A DNA stretch of 64,000 bases from Dimorphilus gyrociliatus (lineage: Eukaryota > Animalia > Annelida), in the NCBI GenBank assembly GCA_904063045.1, contig CAJFCJ010000014.1, positions 979,376 to 1,043,375 of the forward strand, in the 5' to 3' direction. The position numbers and the translations under genes were made by a program. The number at the start of each line of letters is the position of its first letter. The stretch's first letter is position 1. Positions 39,046 to 52,700 of this stretch are shown here, one piece after another. Under the pieces are notes generated by a model. That model did not search any database, was not told the DNA's origin, and saw only the letters and a list, made by a program, of their open reading frames with translations.

Positions 39046-40845
39046 TTAAGATTTTTTAGGTAATTTCTTACTTTTAGCATCTGTTGCTTTCTTTGGTGAA
39101 GGCTTAGTCTTTTTGTCGGATTGTTTTTTAATAGGTGTGTCTTTCTTAAACACCTTAGTTGGTACACCTAACTCTTTCTGTTAATGAAAAAAAAGAATAA
39201 TAATGCATATAGATTGAATATAACATTCCAATCATTATTCTACCTCCCATCCTAGGCGTTGGGCCAATTCTATGCATCCGTCATCAGCTTTACCTTTCCA
39301 AAAGACATCCCTAAAATAATTTACATAAATTACATACTAATTATCAATATGTACATTTGACCTATAACTGACCTGTAATTATTCGCTTGCCCAAATCTAA
39401 AATTACATCCACCTCCGAAAAAAAGAGCCTCCCAAGAATCCTGTCCCTAAGTAAGTAAAAAGAAAACTATTGAATAACAAGCTTGAATTCTTATTAAATG
39501 AAGTATTACATTAGATGGTGGAGGTTCCATATTGATATATAATCTAGGGGTTGTTTCCGGAACTCTATTGAAAGCACGAATAAAACGTTAGTTGGACAGA
39601 AGCCATTCGTTATTTAAATATACTTATTTATCAAAGAAGCAAATGGTTGGACAACTAAAGAAGTTCCGATAACAATCAGAAGATCACACTGCGGGAAATC
39701 CTGAATATGAAAGTTAAATATATTATATTTCTGTCAGAGAGCAAAAAGGTTATCGTACTGATTTTAGTCTTTCGTGAAATAAAGATGGCAAGGCCTCTCC
39801 GAAAAATACGATATCTGCAAAGATATGGGTATTGTCTTTGTTTATTATCTGTGATTTGTACTCTTATTAACAATTATACCTGGTTTAATTAGCCCGGAGC
39901 AATCTTCAGTTTTTTCGCAACGGGGTATCTCTTCTTTAAACACTTTTTCTATAGAAAGAAAACAATATAAAGAATTCAATTACCTTTCTGATAAACTCTT
40001 AAAATTACTATATTTTGTTACCTTTTACCCAATCCTGGCTGTACTCAGCTTTACAATTAAGACAATGCGCCTTACTAAAAGTACCATGAGCTTCAACAAG
40101 CATTTCATCAGTTAATCCAGCCTCTCTCTCAAGCATGTCAATATTCTATTCAACAAAGGTAAATTAATTAGGCGTTAGCAGGAAAATTTAAGAAACTACC
40201 TGAGTATAATGACGAAGAAGTAGTCCTTTATCCCATAGTATTTTAATAAATTTATGGCAAGGAGTTGGCTGGAAAAGGATTATTAAGATAAACAAACTAT
40301 ACTACTTTTAGTAAATGGAATTTAAACGTTATATCATACTTGAAATTTTCCAGGCCAAAGTTCACGAGCAAGATCATAGAAAGGATTCGGATTTTCCTTG
40401 AAAAAATCAATCGAAAACATTGCAGTTGGAGTTGGTAAGTTGTATTTTTGTAAATTATCGTATAGACCGGATCCCGGAGTTCTGAAATCAGGAATTCCTG
40501 CAGCTGAAAAGGATTGCATACCAAAATGATTTCTTTTTGTGCTAGATCGATAAGTAAAACTTACATGTTGAAATTCCGGCTCCGGCCATGGTTATAACTT
40601 TCTTGCATTTGTTTGATTTTATATATTCAGCTACTCCAGCAAAAGTTAATTCGGGTAGTACTTGCTCTGGAAGTGTCTCTTCTTCTTCATTTGCTATTTT
40701 CGCTTTTTCGTTTAACAACTTGCTTAATGCTTCTAATCCTCCATCTCCATGGAAGCGTAACAAATTAAGAAATAATCAGGCTTGTTGCATAATTTTACTT
40801 ACCCAGGGTATTTTTAGTAGATTCTTCAGTTGGTTTTTCTGCCAT
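39046..40845 (-). CDS. SIRT2: NAD+-dependent deacetylase sirtuin-2, 12 exons, 369 aa
   Basis: Exons 40845-40803, 40744-40565, 40503-40340, 40268-40200, 40145-40022, 39948-39880, 39814-39759, 39700-39624, 39564-39510, 39446-39373, 39310-39244, 39177-39046 (1110 nt). Motifs [67 protein letters not shown]. Confidence 0.95.
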
Positions 40846-41108
40846 AGTTTGCTTAATCTTCCGAAATTTTATTTGACAAGAGAAATCAAAATTTAAAGTA
40901 TCTAAATCCCCTTTAAAACCCGTTGATTAGACTATTAATCTAGAAGGAGGTTATTAATCTAAACTAGAATCAAAATTTCTGCTAATTTTGATTGATATTG
41001 GTGAAAACTGTTAGATAATGGAAGATTTTACTTTGATGAAAGCGACACCTATGGCGGGACGTTACATTTAACCGTTTGTATGTAACATTGAATCAGGCGA
41101 AATATAGC
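40846..41108. promoter_or_regulatory. Compact bidirectional promoter shared by SIRT2 and the RAD51D-like gene; CTCF-like element GCGACACCTATGG at 41042-41054
   Basis: Head-to-head ATGs 264 bp apart; motif read directly, and its assignment to CTCF is inference. Confidence 0.5.
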
Positions 41109-41945
41109 ATGAGCATACCATCATTAAACGATATTATTTCAAATAAAGAACATATAAAAAAACTCAGAGCATTCGGCGTGTACAATATATGTCAATTAAT
41201 CAAAGAATGGCCAAATATCGCAAAAACTGTCGAGATGAACGATAAAAGAGTATGTCTTGCTTCGAAACAAGCGCTAGATATATGCTCGGAAATTGTAGAA
41301 TCAGAAATGCAGAATGGAATGGACGTTTATAATAGAGAAATAAGTGATAAATTTCCAAAAACAATTACAATTATGAAAGAACAACTGCATCCAGCTGATA
41401 TGGTTGAGATATGGGGTTCTGCGGATGGTAGATTATCAACTATCTGCTTGGAAGCTTGCTGTAAAATATCTTACAATCTAAAAGATTGTGTTGTAATGTA
41501 TGTTCATTCGAATTCCCCAGTCTTACCGATGCAAATTGGAAGTATTTGTAAAGAATTTATACCAGAAAGTGATTTGAAAGATGCTTCTCGAGCTCTGATT
41601 AAGAACATCCTATTGAGTCACGTTAATGATATTTACCAACTTCTCGATCTTGTCTATTGTATAGCCAATGGAGGATATGACAAACTAAAGTTTATCTTTA
41701 TCGATTGTATCTATCAATTTATTGCGGGATATTTTACTGTGGAAAGTGAACGATATATAGAAATCGTTCAAACTGTAATAGACGCGTTGAGAACTCTGAC
41801 AGCTTCTCGACGTATAACTATCATTTATACAAACCACTTAGTTAGAGACGAAATTAGTGATTCGGTAAAACCGGCATTAGGAAAATTATGGGCTACACTG
41901 CCCACTAAAAGGATATATATATCACCACCAGACGGCGTATGTTAA
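41109..41945 (+). CDS. RAD51D: RAD51 paralog, RAD51D-like (RecA fold), essentially intronless, with degenerate Walker A
   Basis: N-terminal helical domain, EIWGSADGRLSTIC at the P-loop position, VMYVHS strand, Walker B KFIFIDCI, then IIYTNHLV and KPALGKLWATLPTKRIYI (RAD51D: KPALGRSWSFVPSTRILL). A possible donor at 41937 may add a very short last exon. Confidence 0.75.
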   Translation: MSIPSLNDIISNKEHIKKLRAFGVYNICQLIKEWPNIAKTVEMNDKRVCLASKQALDICSEIVESEMQNGMDVYNREISDKFPKTITIMKEQLHPADMVEIWGSADGRLSTICLEACCKISYNLKDCVVMYVHSNSPVLPMQIGSICKEFIPESDLKDASRALIKNILLSHVNDIYQLLDLVYCIANGGYDKLKFIFIDCIYQFIAGYFTVESERYIEIVQTVIDALRTLTASRRITIIYTNHLVRDEISDSVKPALGKLWATLPTKRIYISPPDGVC

Positions 41946-42291
41946 CGTTTAAAAAATGTTCTTTCTGTACCTTTACAGCATAAATATTAAAATTGCACTA
42001 GGTAATATTTAGTACTGAAGAAATCTAAGAGAATCATTCATATAATAAGTTAAGGAAGACATTATCAAATTGGCATTATTGGTATTAATAAAACATTGGA
42101 AAAGGAGGAAATATTAAAAAGCATATATAAATTTATATATATATATATATGTATTTACATATTAAAAGAACATTGGCTAGTATTGGAAGAATAATTGCTT
42201 ATCTTCGGCAAGTCTCTTATATTACATGCGATTAGTTGATCGATGTGAAACGAGAAACTACCAGTCTGTTATTTCTGTACAACATTTAGAC

Positions 42292-42591
42292 ATGATTTTA
42301 CTTATGAAGAAGAAGAAACGAAAAAAATTTGCTTTATTACTATTTATTCTCTTTATGTTTATTATACAAGTGACATTAAACTATAAAAAGCCTGATTTGG
42401 AAAATTTCAACATGGTAGAAAGTCGACATACTGTTAAGAAACTTCGTAACTTTATAACTCCATTCTACTCACGTCGTAGGAGAATTGGTAGAGTTGGACG
42501 TCGTAAACCTCGACATCGAATTGAGCCTACAAACGCAATGCAGTTGGTTACCTTAAGTGCATTCGTTAATTCGCTAGAAAAGCCCGTATAG
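42292..42591 (+). CDS. Hypothetical small type II membrane or signal-anchored basic protein
   Basis: MILLMKKKKRKK followed by hydrophobic FALLLFILFMFIIQVTL and an Arg-rich ectodomain. A strong donor (gaag|gtgagt, 42643) and an acceptor near 43159 suggest a transcribed unit, but the frame join is uncertain. Confidence 0.35.
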   Translation: MILLMKKKKRKKFALLLFILFMFIIQVTLNYKKPDLENFNMVESRHTVKKLRNFITPFYSRRRRIGRVGRRKPRHRIEPTNAMQLVTLSAFVNSLEKPV

Positions 42592-43710
42592 TGGAATGGT
42601 CGATGCAGAAAAAAAGGATCGTAAAGTTCGTTTAACAGAAGGTGAGTACTTTCTTTAATCAAACAATACTGGTAGGAGGAAAACCTTTAATGTTGCTTTT
42701 TATAAAGATTAAAATACACATTAGCACATTTATATGCAGTTTACAATAAACCATAGAATTTGTATTAGTATATCCTATTTATATTAATATATAAATAAAA
42801 ACATATATATATCTATATACAATATATATAGAATATGCATTTTTACAGCGTGTTTTATGTAAAGTATATCAAAATTTGGACTAATCTCTACTATTGTATT
42901 CGTTAATTTTAGTTTTCTATATGCCTTTCGAAAAACAAGCAGATTTCAATTTTCCAATTTCAATAGGCCTATTATTGCTGTTCTTTTAACGCAAAAATAA
43001 ATATATTCTACCTCCATTAAATTTTCTGCACGCTAAATTCAAATTATTACTAAAATAATAATAATAAAAAAAATGATTTATATTTTCTTTATTATAATAA
43101 AAACAGGAATTATTTATATATTCATTTTAATATAATTGTTGTTTTTCTATTTATTGCAGTGGAAAAAGAATCTCGTTCAACTAGATGACGCTGCGAATCA
43201 TTTACTTTTTATTTTTGGTAATAGAATATCTAACGCTTATGACGCCTTTGTGAAAATTTTTCTTGGATTTTAAGTTTCTTTATTTAATAAACTTTTAAAA
43301 AACATATAATTAAAAAAGTTATTAATAAGTTTTCTTGTATTTTAAATATCTTTATCATTTGTTTTCTGTATTTTGAAAATTCTAGATATCTATCTCCTCT
43401 GTACATAGTCTAATTAAAAGTTCGTACAAATAGGCACGTAATAAGATGATATATAGTTATTTTATGCCATGCATGGAACACGCATAGTTCGTCGTGTGCA
43501 TATGCTTTGACAGCAGCGGATGTTTTTCCTGTACCATTTACCATTATTTCTTATCTGTACAAAAAATGGACGTTGCATAGACGCTAGCGAAAGTATAGCA
43601 CCACAATCAAAAGAAAAGTCAAAAAAAGCAAAAAAAAAAGAGGAACAACACGACGTTTTTCTGTTTCTTTTTTCCAGAGAAGGTTTTTTTTAATATTTTC
43701 AAGCAATTTT

Positions 43711-46700
43711 TTAAACGGAACTTTCAGCACCTATGAACTTTCGTTGACGGTTTGTCGATTGAACAGTAGTGACTGGAGGAGAACCGGAAGTATCAAAAAC
43801 TGTCACCACCATTATTCTAGATTTGCATGCGGCTACGCGTTTTTCCAAAATTGTGGTTTCGTTCTCTAGTGCCTGAACGTAGTGAGGATCGTCTCTGTCC
43901 ATTTGTTCTGCCACGTACAAATCGTAGCTCCATGTCGACGGATCAATCATTAAGGCTTCCTTAGCTGACCGTAGCTCGTCCTTGAGCGTGGCTTGTTTAT
44001 TGAGAAGACGTCTTATCCTCGCCCTTCTCGCTCGAACGCCATCGTCTTTAATCGCTCTGCATTGTAGACGTTCAACGTCCTTGGAATTATAGGCTTTCAA
44101 TTCAAAACCAGCTGTTACACCTCCAGCAGAACTTTCACTTGTCGAATCTGCATGAGCTGAGGAAGAAGATGTATTTGTACTATCTCTTAGCATACTCTCG
44201 TATCCTGATGACATGTCAGTTTTCGAGTGACGTTGAGCGTTAACTGTGGGTTCTGTAACTGTGGCGTATGGGGATGCTATGGACGGTCCGCTTAGCTTCT
44301 TTTCTTTTTTAACAGGAGAAGGCGATTTGGAGCAACTCCTAGTAGATTTACTGGAAGTTGATGAAGAGGCACTCTTCGTAGGGGAATTATTCTTTTTCGG
44401 TGAGACTGTTGGTAGTTTGGACGCCTTCTTAGATGGTGTAGGTGTTGACGTAGTTGAAGAAGATTTTTTTGATGATATAAAGGCTCCAAATCGACTTTTA
44501 GCAGATAATTTTGGCGAAGGTGATGCTACGGATTTTGATTCTTTTTCTTTTTTGCTTTTATCCTTCTTTGATGTTGGCAATTTAGATTGCCGATTTGGCG
44601 TCTTTTTATCAATGTCATCCGTAGCGTCTTTCGTTACTTCGACATTATCTCGAACCATCTCATCTGCATGCATATGTAAATTAGGATTCGACGCCCCGTC
44701 AGGCCGTCGTAGGCACATGGGCCGAACAACCGCCTTGTCATCTCCATCGGTCGGCACATGGAATGAAGAATTATGTGACGTACAGTTTATGCGCCAGGTG
44801 GCGTTCTCTTGAACACATTCCAGTCGTTCATCGGCGTCAGCCTCATAGACACTTTCTCTAGTCGTCGTTGGTTCGGATGATTCTGTCGTTGTATTCAATG
44901 ATTCATCCAGCTTAACGTCGGTAGTTGTCAATTTAGAGACGCCTCTGGGAGGTGGTGCAGGTTTTGTAGGCCTAGTTATACGTGGACTCTCTGACCTTGT
45001 TCGATTAGAGGTCGGCGGTACAGCCACTTCTGCAGAAGTGGGGGGTCGCCTCTCTGATTGGCTTCTAGAAGGCAACATTTCTGTCCACATCCTCGATGGA
45101 CGGGCAGCACTTTTTTGATTACCAACACAAAATTCAGTAGGTCCGTCGACCCATAGTTCATTTGGCTTTTTATCGTGGGAAGTGTCAAGATAGCGACCAA
45201 TTGGGGGAGGAACATATGTTCCCTGAGGAGGATCAGGGTAAGAGATGTAGTGATGGGGAGAATAGGCAGTCGGAACTGGTAACGGCTGTAAACATGGGGG
45301 TCCGTCAACCCAACATTCTTTAGACGTTGGATTAGAAGAAACGTTTGCTTTTCTCATTGCGTTACGACAAGCAGCCTTTAAGGCGCTTTTCCTCGGTGAG
45401 TTTTTTACACCCATAGAAGGAGGAGGTGGAGGTGGTTTTCTAATTTCGTCGACTGTTTCAGTTAACAGACATCGACTCATTGGCGGTGGTATTGTTAATC
45501 CTAACTTTTCCGGTGTATCTGTATCAGTTGTACTCTCGCTGAGTGATTGACTCCTCCTTCCGACGTAAATTACAGTATCGCAGGATTGCTCAGAACTTGA
45601 CGAATAATCATGACCGGAATCGCTCGAGTATCGAACGCCCATTCTAACGCCCATTCTTAACCTTCGTCTCCCAACGCTCTCATCGCAAGAAGACCCCGAT
45701 TCCGAGCTATTTGTCATCTGTTATGTAACAAATAGAAAAACATCCCCTATAATATTACTGTACAATAAATAAAAAGCGACCTTTGCCCGCTATCAATTAT
45801 GGACAAATAGGACGCTCTTATTACGAAACGATTGCCGGAGCGCATTTGGCGTCTGGCCGACTAATTCGATTGACGAACCTTCGTTTTTCGCCTCTTCATC
45901 CGATGAATTCTAGACGCCAATTGTATAACTTGAAGCGTCTCATTGTAGGCGTGTATGGACGGTGAAACGTGGGTTACTAAGCAAGCCCTGCACGACAAAC
46001 TGCCCAGGGCTTCTCTTAATAGTTGCGTCAACTTGCTATCCCTATGCGGTACGTGGCGTTGGCCATTTAACAGGGCCAATATGACGTTGCCGAGGGAGGA
46101 TAAGCTGAGGGCGGCACCATCCTTACTCTTCCCGCAACTTCCTAGGTCGATTAAATGAAGTCGGCTTCTGCCTCCGGCAACTGTCAGCAGAGGGCGTTTA
46201 GTAAAAATTTCAAATTTATGGAAACGATATATTAGATATTCTTCCTATGGAAGTTATCAATAACTTACCTCCACTGCCCGCTTGCCCAGGTTTTTCGGCT
46301 GCTTTATCTAGCCTGTACTGATAAACGTGCAGGGTAAATAATAAATGAGAATTTCTAGCGTCCTCCTCTGCTTCCGGTACAGTTCTAGCAGCAATTGCAG
46401 CGTCTAAATAATAAGCTGCCCGATGAGCCGATGGTGCCCTTAGTTCACTTTGATTCTCCAACTGAGTACCCATCACTGGATGTTCTCTTAAATAAACTCC
46501 TGGTGCAGTTGAACCGCCTGACTCTTGAGCATTAGCGGCCTCCGCTAATAAATCCTTAAGTGTCTCCTGCTTGCCCATCACTTCAACAGCCGATACACGA
46601 ACTGAGAAACGTGCTCCCGTTCTCTCTTTCTCTTCGTGTATTAAGCGGAATAACCAAGATATTGCACAAGGTATAATACCCAAATTTTGAGGATTATCAT

Positions 46701-49700
46701 CAACACCAATCATCGAATAAGTCTTGCCTGTTTGGAATAGTTTAAAATTGGACCATAAACATAAACATATACTACACTTGAGTATGGCTACTCGAAATCG
46801 GTCGTAAATTTCGCTGAAATCTGACAGGCGAAGAAATGTCAGACAGGCGCCGAATAAAAGGAAAAAAAGAGAGAGAGAGAGATACAGATTGATAGAGAGG
46901 GAGAAGGTGAAAAAGAGATGGAAGTTAGAAAGTGTGAAAAACATAAAGAATTTTCGTGGTTGGCTAGCGGAGAATTTTCTCTTCCTTCCTGACTTATTCC
47001 ACTCCCACCCCCTACCACCCCCACACTATTTTTCCCTCGACTGCAAATAGAATGTTGCTGACTATTTGCGCCCTTCCCCAGTCACAATCAACGAAATCTA
47101 ATAATCTGCCGAGGCCTAGATCGTGAGAGCGTTTCTTCCTTTCGTCGCGCGTCTTATAATTCGATTGTCGAACGCCGACCAGAGACGAGTGACGAAAATT
47201 TTCTATCTATCATCTATTTTGCCACCCCTTCTCTCTACTATTTCTTTCAATCTTTCTACAATCTTTTCTCCCATTTTCCCCTTTCCTATTTCTTTCGCCT
47301 ATTAATCTATATTCGCTCTCTTTTCTCTATTTATTTTATAGAAAACACGGAAATGGAAAGTCCATCGGGCGTTTAGTAGACGCTAAGCTTCTTATACAGA
47401 ATCGAACGTACCCAATCTGGCGTGACCATAGCAGAATAGACAACCATCGGCACCGTTAACTACCGACTGGATAATTTCTACAAGGCAGGTCGAATTCATC
47501 TCAGAGAGCATTGCATCCTGACCAAAGATAGCATCAAATGAAAAAGTTTTAGGAGGTGCAGGAGCCATATTCCTTCTATGAGCGGATGTAGGATAGCCAG
47601 TAACAGAGGGGTCAAAGACGGTGACTTGCTTCGCCCTTGTATCAACTGATAAGTAGGATTGTGATGCATTGTTTGAATGTTCAACTGGACATATTCTAAG
47701 CATAACTCGGACCTGTATAATAAACAAATCAATCTTTAATACCATCGTTTTCAAAAATGACAAATGATTAATAAGAAGATATAAAAACAGACTATGATAG
47801 AAATAGGAAAAGTCGACCAAAATTGGACGGTCGATTATGCAAATCGCTACGACAAACTTAATATATCCGCCTATATAGGCTAGGGCTTGAGAGCTAGCCT
47901 TTAATATAACAAGCGCAATAAACGTTACTCGTATAATATTGTCAAGAACAGCTGCGTACGACTTGAGGCAAAGGATGGTCGAATAGAAAAAGAGAATGGA
48001 GTTGAAGAAAAATATTACAACAAGAAACAGGAGAATGCGGGAAAAAATGATAAAAAAATAAACCGTAAAAACTATATGCAATTATGTAAATATACAAATA
48101 TATAGTATATTTCTATATATATGTATATAAATACAGTAAATGTATATATATATTTATATATACAGTGTATACAGTATACTGTATAAAGGAATTCGTCTCA
48201 GGAAGGAAACATAGTCACCTAAAACGACTATCGAACGTTTTTTTTATCTCTCTCCTTCTTTTCCCTCCAGTTTTTCTTTCTTTCTCTATTTCTCTACCAT
48301 TACAATTCTATCTATTTATTACACTTTAGACATAAGCTCATGATAGTTTGTATATATAACTTATAACTACTATGTATAATCGCATTTTTCACGTCTTTAT
48401 ATAAATATATAATACAGAGATCTATATGCGCATTTCTTAGTCTTTATTATCTCTTTCTTTTCAATGAATAGGCCTGTATTGGAGCTATACACAACGAACG
48501 TTGCGTGTTGCAAAACCCTGTCACACAACCGTTATCTTCGTCTAAGAAAAAAATCACCTGACGACTTGCCAAACTATTCCACTTTTCTCCATCTAAATAG
48601 AATCCTTGAGGCGAAATAGAGAAATTTACGTCTTGTAAAAAAAAAAGAAACAGGAAAGAGGAAGAAAGAAAGTGGTAGGTCGAAGTTTTTAAAAGAGGCA
48701 TAACGGAAGATAGGGAAAAAAGTAACGAAACGGACTGGGATGGAGGATATTGGAGGAAAAACTGTACAGGAGGGACAGAAAAAAAATAACATAAAGACGT
48801 CTTTTGGCTGTCAGGGCCGATTTACTCCCTTCAATATATTTATATCGGAAAAATCGATCGGTCGAGAATATCAACAATCTGACCACAAGACGTCCAGCGA
48901 GACGCCTAAGCAAATTCATCGATTTGCACCACGTTGGTCCAGCTGCTCTTGACGTCTTGATAAATAGACGCCGACGTCTACTATATACATTCTATTCGTT
49001 GGTAATATATATGTGTGTTTTATATATACTGTATATATATAGTTTATTACTGTATACACACTATATATAAATAGTATATATTATATGTATTATACTGAAT
49101 ATACAGAAATTACAGAAAAGTATATAGAATAAACATATACGTGGTCAGCTCTTTCGATCGACTTCGATGCTAGGCCTACACCGAATACGTTATAAGCGTC
49201 TAGAGCCCACTCGAGAACTACTGCGTATCTACTTAACAATACGACGCTATCTTATTGCAGTTGGTCTACTGCATAATTACGAAGCGCAGCTGCATATAAA
49301 ACGAACTCGTCGCAGTCAGCGACGTCCATCTCTTGGAAACAAACTCATCCAATTATAACAATTGATCAAAGCCGCTCATCAATCAACTAAAACTACCGCA
49401 ATCACACTAGCCTTCTACTTACTGCAATAAACAAGTAAATCTAGCTACTATGGCACGGTCTCTTTTTATTTCATTACTCCTTCTCGTATATACACGCATT
49501 CGCTTAATCTCGTTTCTATTTGATACAAATTCGGCGGTATCCGACATAGTTGCCTTGGAAACGCTACTGTCATACAATATAAAATGCTTTTTAAAACGAC
49601 TAAGCTAAACTGTAAAACAAAAAGAACAAAAAAAAAATGGAAAACAAAAATCCGTCACGAAATATTCTAATCACAATCCCAGCCCCGCTCGCGTCTAATT

Positions 49701-52700
49701 GGCGTCGAACGAAACAAGCTATATCCGAATTATGCGAAATATCGGTAGATGCGTCTTATCGGGCGCAATTCACGTCCCATGGGCGTCATTTAGAACGTCC
49801 GCTTTCGATACGCAGTAGCGGAATGTACATATACATGCACACCGATCGTATACGATTCTTATTGATGAATATACAATCTACACTTGAGTAGAGTAGAACG
49901 TCAGGTGCTTTTAGTACAATCCAATTAGTCTTACGCTCAGGTATATAGGCGTCTAACGGCGTTTAGAATATAGAGGTTAAATAGCGTCGAAATGAGTAGA
50001 TAGTCCTAATTAGAATGAAAGAAAATAAAAGAAAATTTTTACCTTTCCAGATCCAGGACTTCCGTTCGTCCTGACACCATTCCGAAGAAGACATGGAGGT
50101 GCAGAAGGAGGATTAGCTCTTATAATCTCTCCAAAATTAGTAGGGAAAGACGTAGGGGTAGATGGTTGTTGTTGACGTTTCTTTTTACGTTGCGAGGTTG
50201 TGAGTTTTTGTGCAGCCCTAATCGTAAAATTAAAAGAAATTGCAATGATTACATGGTAAAAAATAACAATAAATAAGGATGTAATAAAATTTTATAGCGT
50301 TTATACGTATATTTTATCAATTTATCTATAAATATGTCTTATATATGTGTATACGTATATATCGATATAGATTTATATCTTATATTTATAAATTTATATA
50401 TGAGAGAGATAAATAGCGAGGGAACGGGGAGTAGACAAAGCAATACATATAGACAGCTTATAGATGAGGCAAAGACGTACGCGTAGGAATAAATATTAGA
50501 TGACAACCGGTGGCAATAATACTAAAAAGGTTGACACTCGTTCGATTCTCCGGAGAGGATTGTGTAGGCTCAATTAGTCACCTGCGCAAATTAGCCATAC
50601 CACCTCTCCAAAGCCGCAAGAATTGTGACCTCTAGATAACTGAATAACCTCTTTTTTAGCAACTTCCACCCGTTCCCTTAATATCTGTGCATCGTCACAA
50701 TCATTCCCCTCCGTCCTCCAGCCAATCTTCCCGCCCATAAGCACGTAATAACAATAGCAATAATAGTAATAATCCCAAAGAAAAAATTGCTACGTTAGTG
50801 TATGGGCAATAAAGATCAGGACGGTTGGGGGAAAAAAATGGGAATTAACGAACAGAGTCTGCTTTATTTCTTTTTTTTCTGTTGAAAAGGGAGCGTTATC
50901 GTCCCAACCATTAGAAAAACGAGACCAATGGGAGAAATAATAAAATAAAAGGGCGCTGACGGAAAAAACTTGGCTTATGTATTGTCCTTTTTTTTAATAA
51001 AAAAAAACACGCAGCATTGATAATGCAGGAGTAAAGAACGCGAGCCGCATTGCAGATATTCGGTCAAGCGAGAATATGTCGGCACGTGTTTAAGGGGGAG
51101 AAAGAAGGGTGTTTGACGATGGAAAAAAATTGAGAAAATAACACAAGGTATAGCAGATTTAGTCAACAATATCGTATACAGACCCGACCGATAAGCGCAC
51201 ATGACGGCGTTCAATTGGGCATACATTCTAACGTGACGCCGACAATAAGATTCGCTGAGTATAGACGGCGTACGGTACGCAAACATTCCCTCTTTTCCCT
51301 CTTCTCCTAATACAAACAACTGCAATTTTTTTTCTCTCACCACCTCTTGTCAAATGTCATCAGCGTAAATAGAATGGTCCTAGTCCGACCGTCATTAGAC
51401 CGTCTCTCAACACCTGCCAACCGCATTATGTATAGGGCTAATTATATATAGGCGCCATGTGCTAGGTTCAGATGATATACGGTCCATTAGATAGCCGCAA
51501 TAACGCCTGTAGATAAAAACGAATTTTGGACAGATGCTTCGTCGGGGCTTTTTCGGCTCCCGCGAGATGGTGCGAGAAAAGAGCGAGAATTGGTAGGGAG
51601 AACTCGTTGCGTAACTGGCCTATGGGAGTCGTTTTTGTCAGTGCTAGTTGTACATGAGCTAATACAGGCAACGTTCGATTTCTCTTAAACTGATTACTAG
51701 TACTTGTATAGGCCGTAATCGAGTTTTGTCGCGGGACTAAAAAAAGAGAAAGGGGGAGGGAAAGAAGGAGGTTTAGAAAGGCGTACGTATACTACGCTAC
51801 GCGTAATTTATCATTAGTATACACTTAACACCATTCGTACAACAACCCAGGCATAATGTAGTATATTATGGAATATGTATCTTCTGCTGTTATTCGTTTT
51901 TTTTTCTTTGCCTTTCACTCTTTCTCTCTCTTTTTTTCCAACGTGATTCTTTTCTGCAGTAGCCTCGTATATATTTGCAGAGCTAACGCGTTCGCTGCAA
52001 CAAATCTCCTCCACTAGCGCACGTGTAAACAAGCGGCTCGATAAGACTATAAACACTGATAAATATCGCTAACAATGTTTCCAAGAGCTCGTTGATACGG
52101 TCACCTGGCATCCACTCTTTTCCAGTATTCCAGACTCGTCGTCTAATTTTTTTTTATCTGACTAAAATACGCTTAATCTAATCGGCTGTAAGCCCCTGAC
52201 CGTTACAAGACCGTCTATTACGTAGTAAAGGAGAGAAAAGTTGGAATATAACTACTCTAAATAAATTACTGTTAGAGAGTTGAACATTTTTATTAAAATA
52301 AAGTTATAAAGTATGGTCATTCGAATATATAGAAGTGTAAATAAGAATGGATAAGGGGAAAAATTGATTATTACTTTTCCATTTATAAATATATCAATAA
52401 TTTTTTTTATCCCTGGTTTTTTTTTTAAAAAAAACTATCTAAAATTTGCTTTAGTTGGAATTCTACACCAGTTAAAATTAAAGAACAAGCTTAATATTGT
52501 TAATTAACTGTAAGGAGTACGAGTATTGTTTTATAGGGCGTGGTTTAAGGTTGGTACAAGGCGTTAGGTCTTTCTTTCATTATTTAAAAATATAACAAAA
52601 AGTAGGAGTTATAAAGAAAAAGAACTTAAAATATAGGTGAGACATATAGACATAGAATATAAGAAAGAGTAGTATATGGGTGAGAACCTTCTTAAATCTT

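Noticed and set aside
44246-44812. 188-aa plus-strand ORF
   Set aside because: Antisense shadow of the Ser/Lys-rich KIF26 terminal exon.
47412-47440. Non-canonical P-loop (GHARLGKT) in the kinesin motor
   Set aside because: A known property of the KIF26/kinesin-11 family, not novel.
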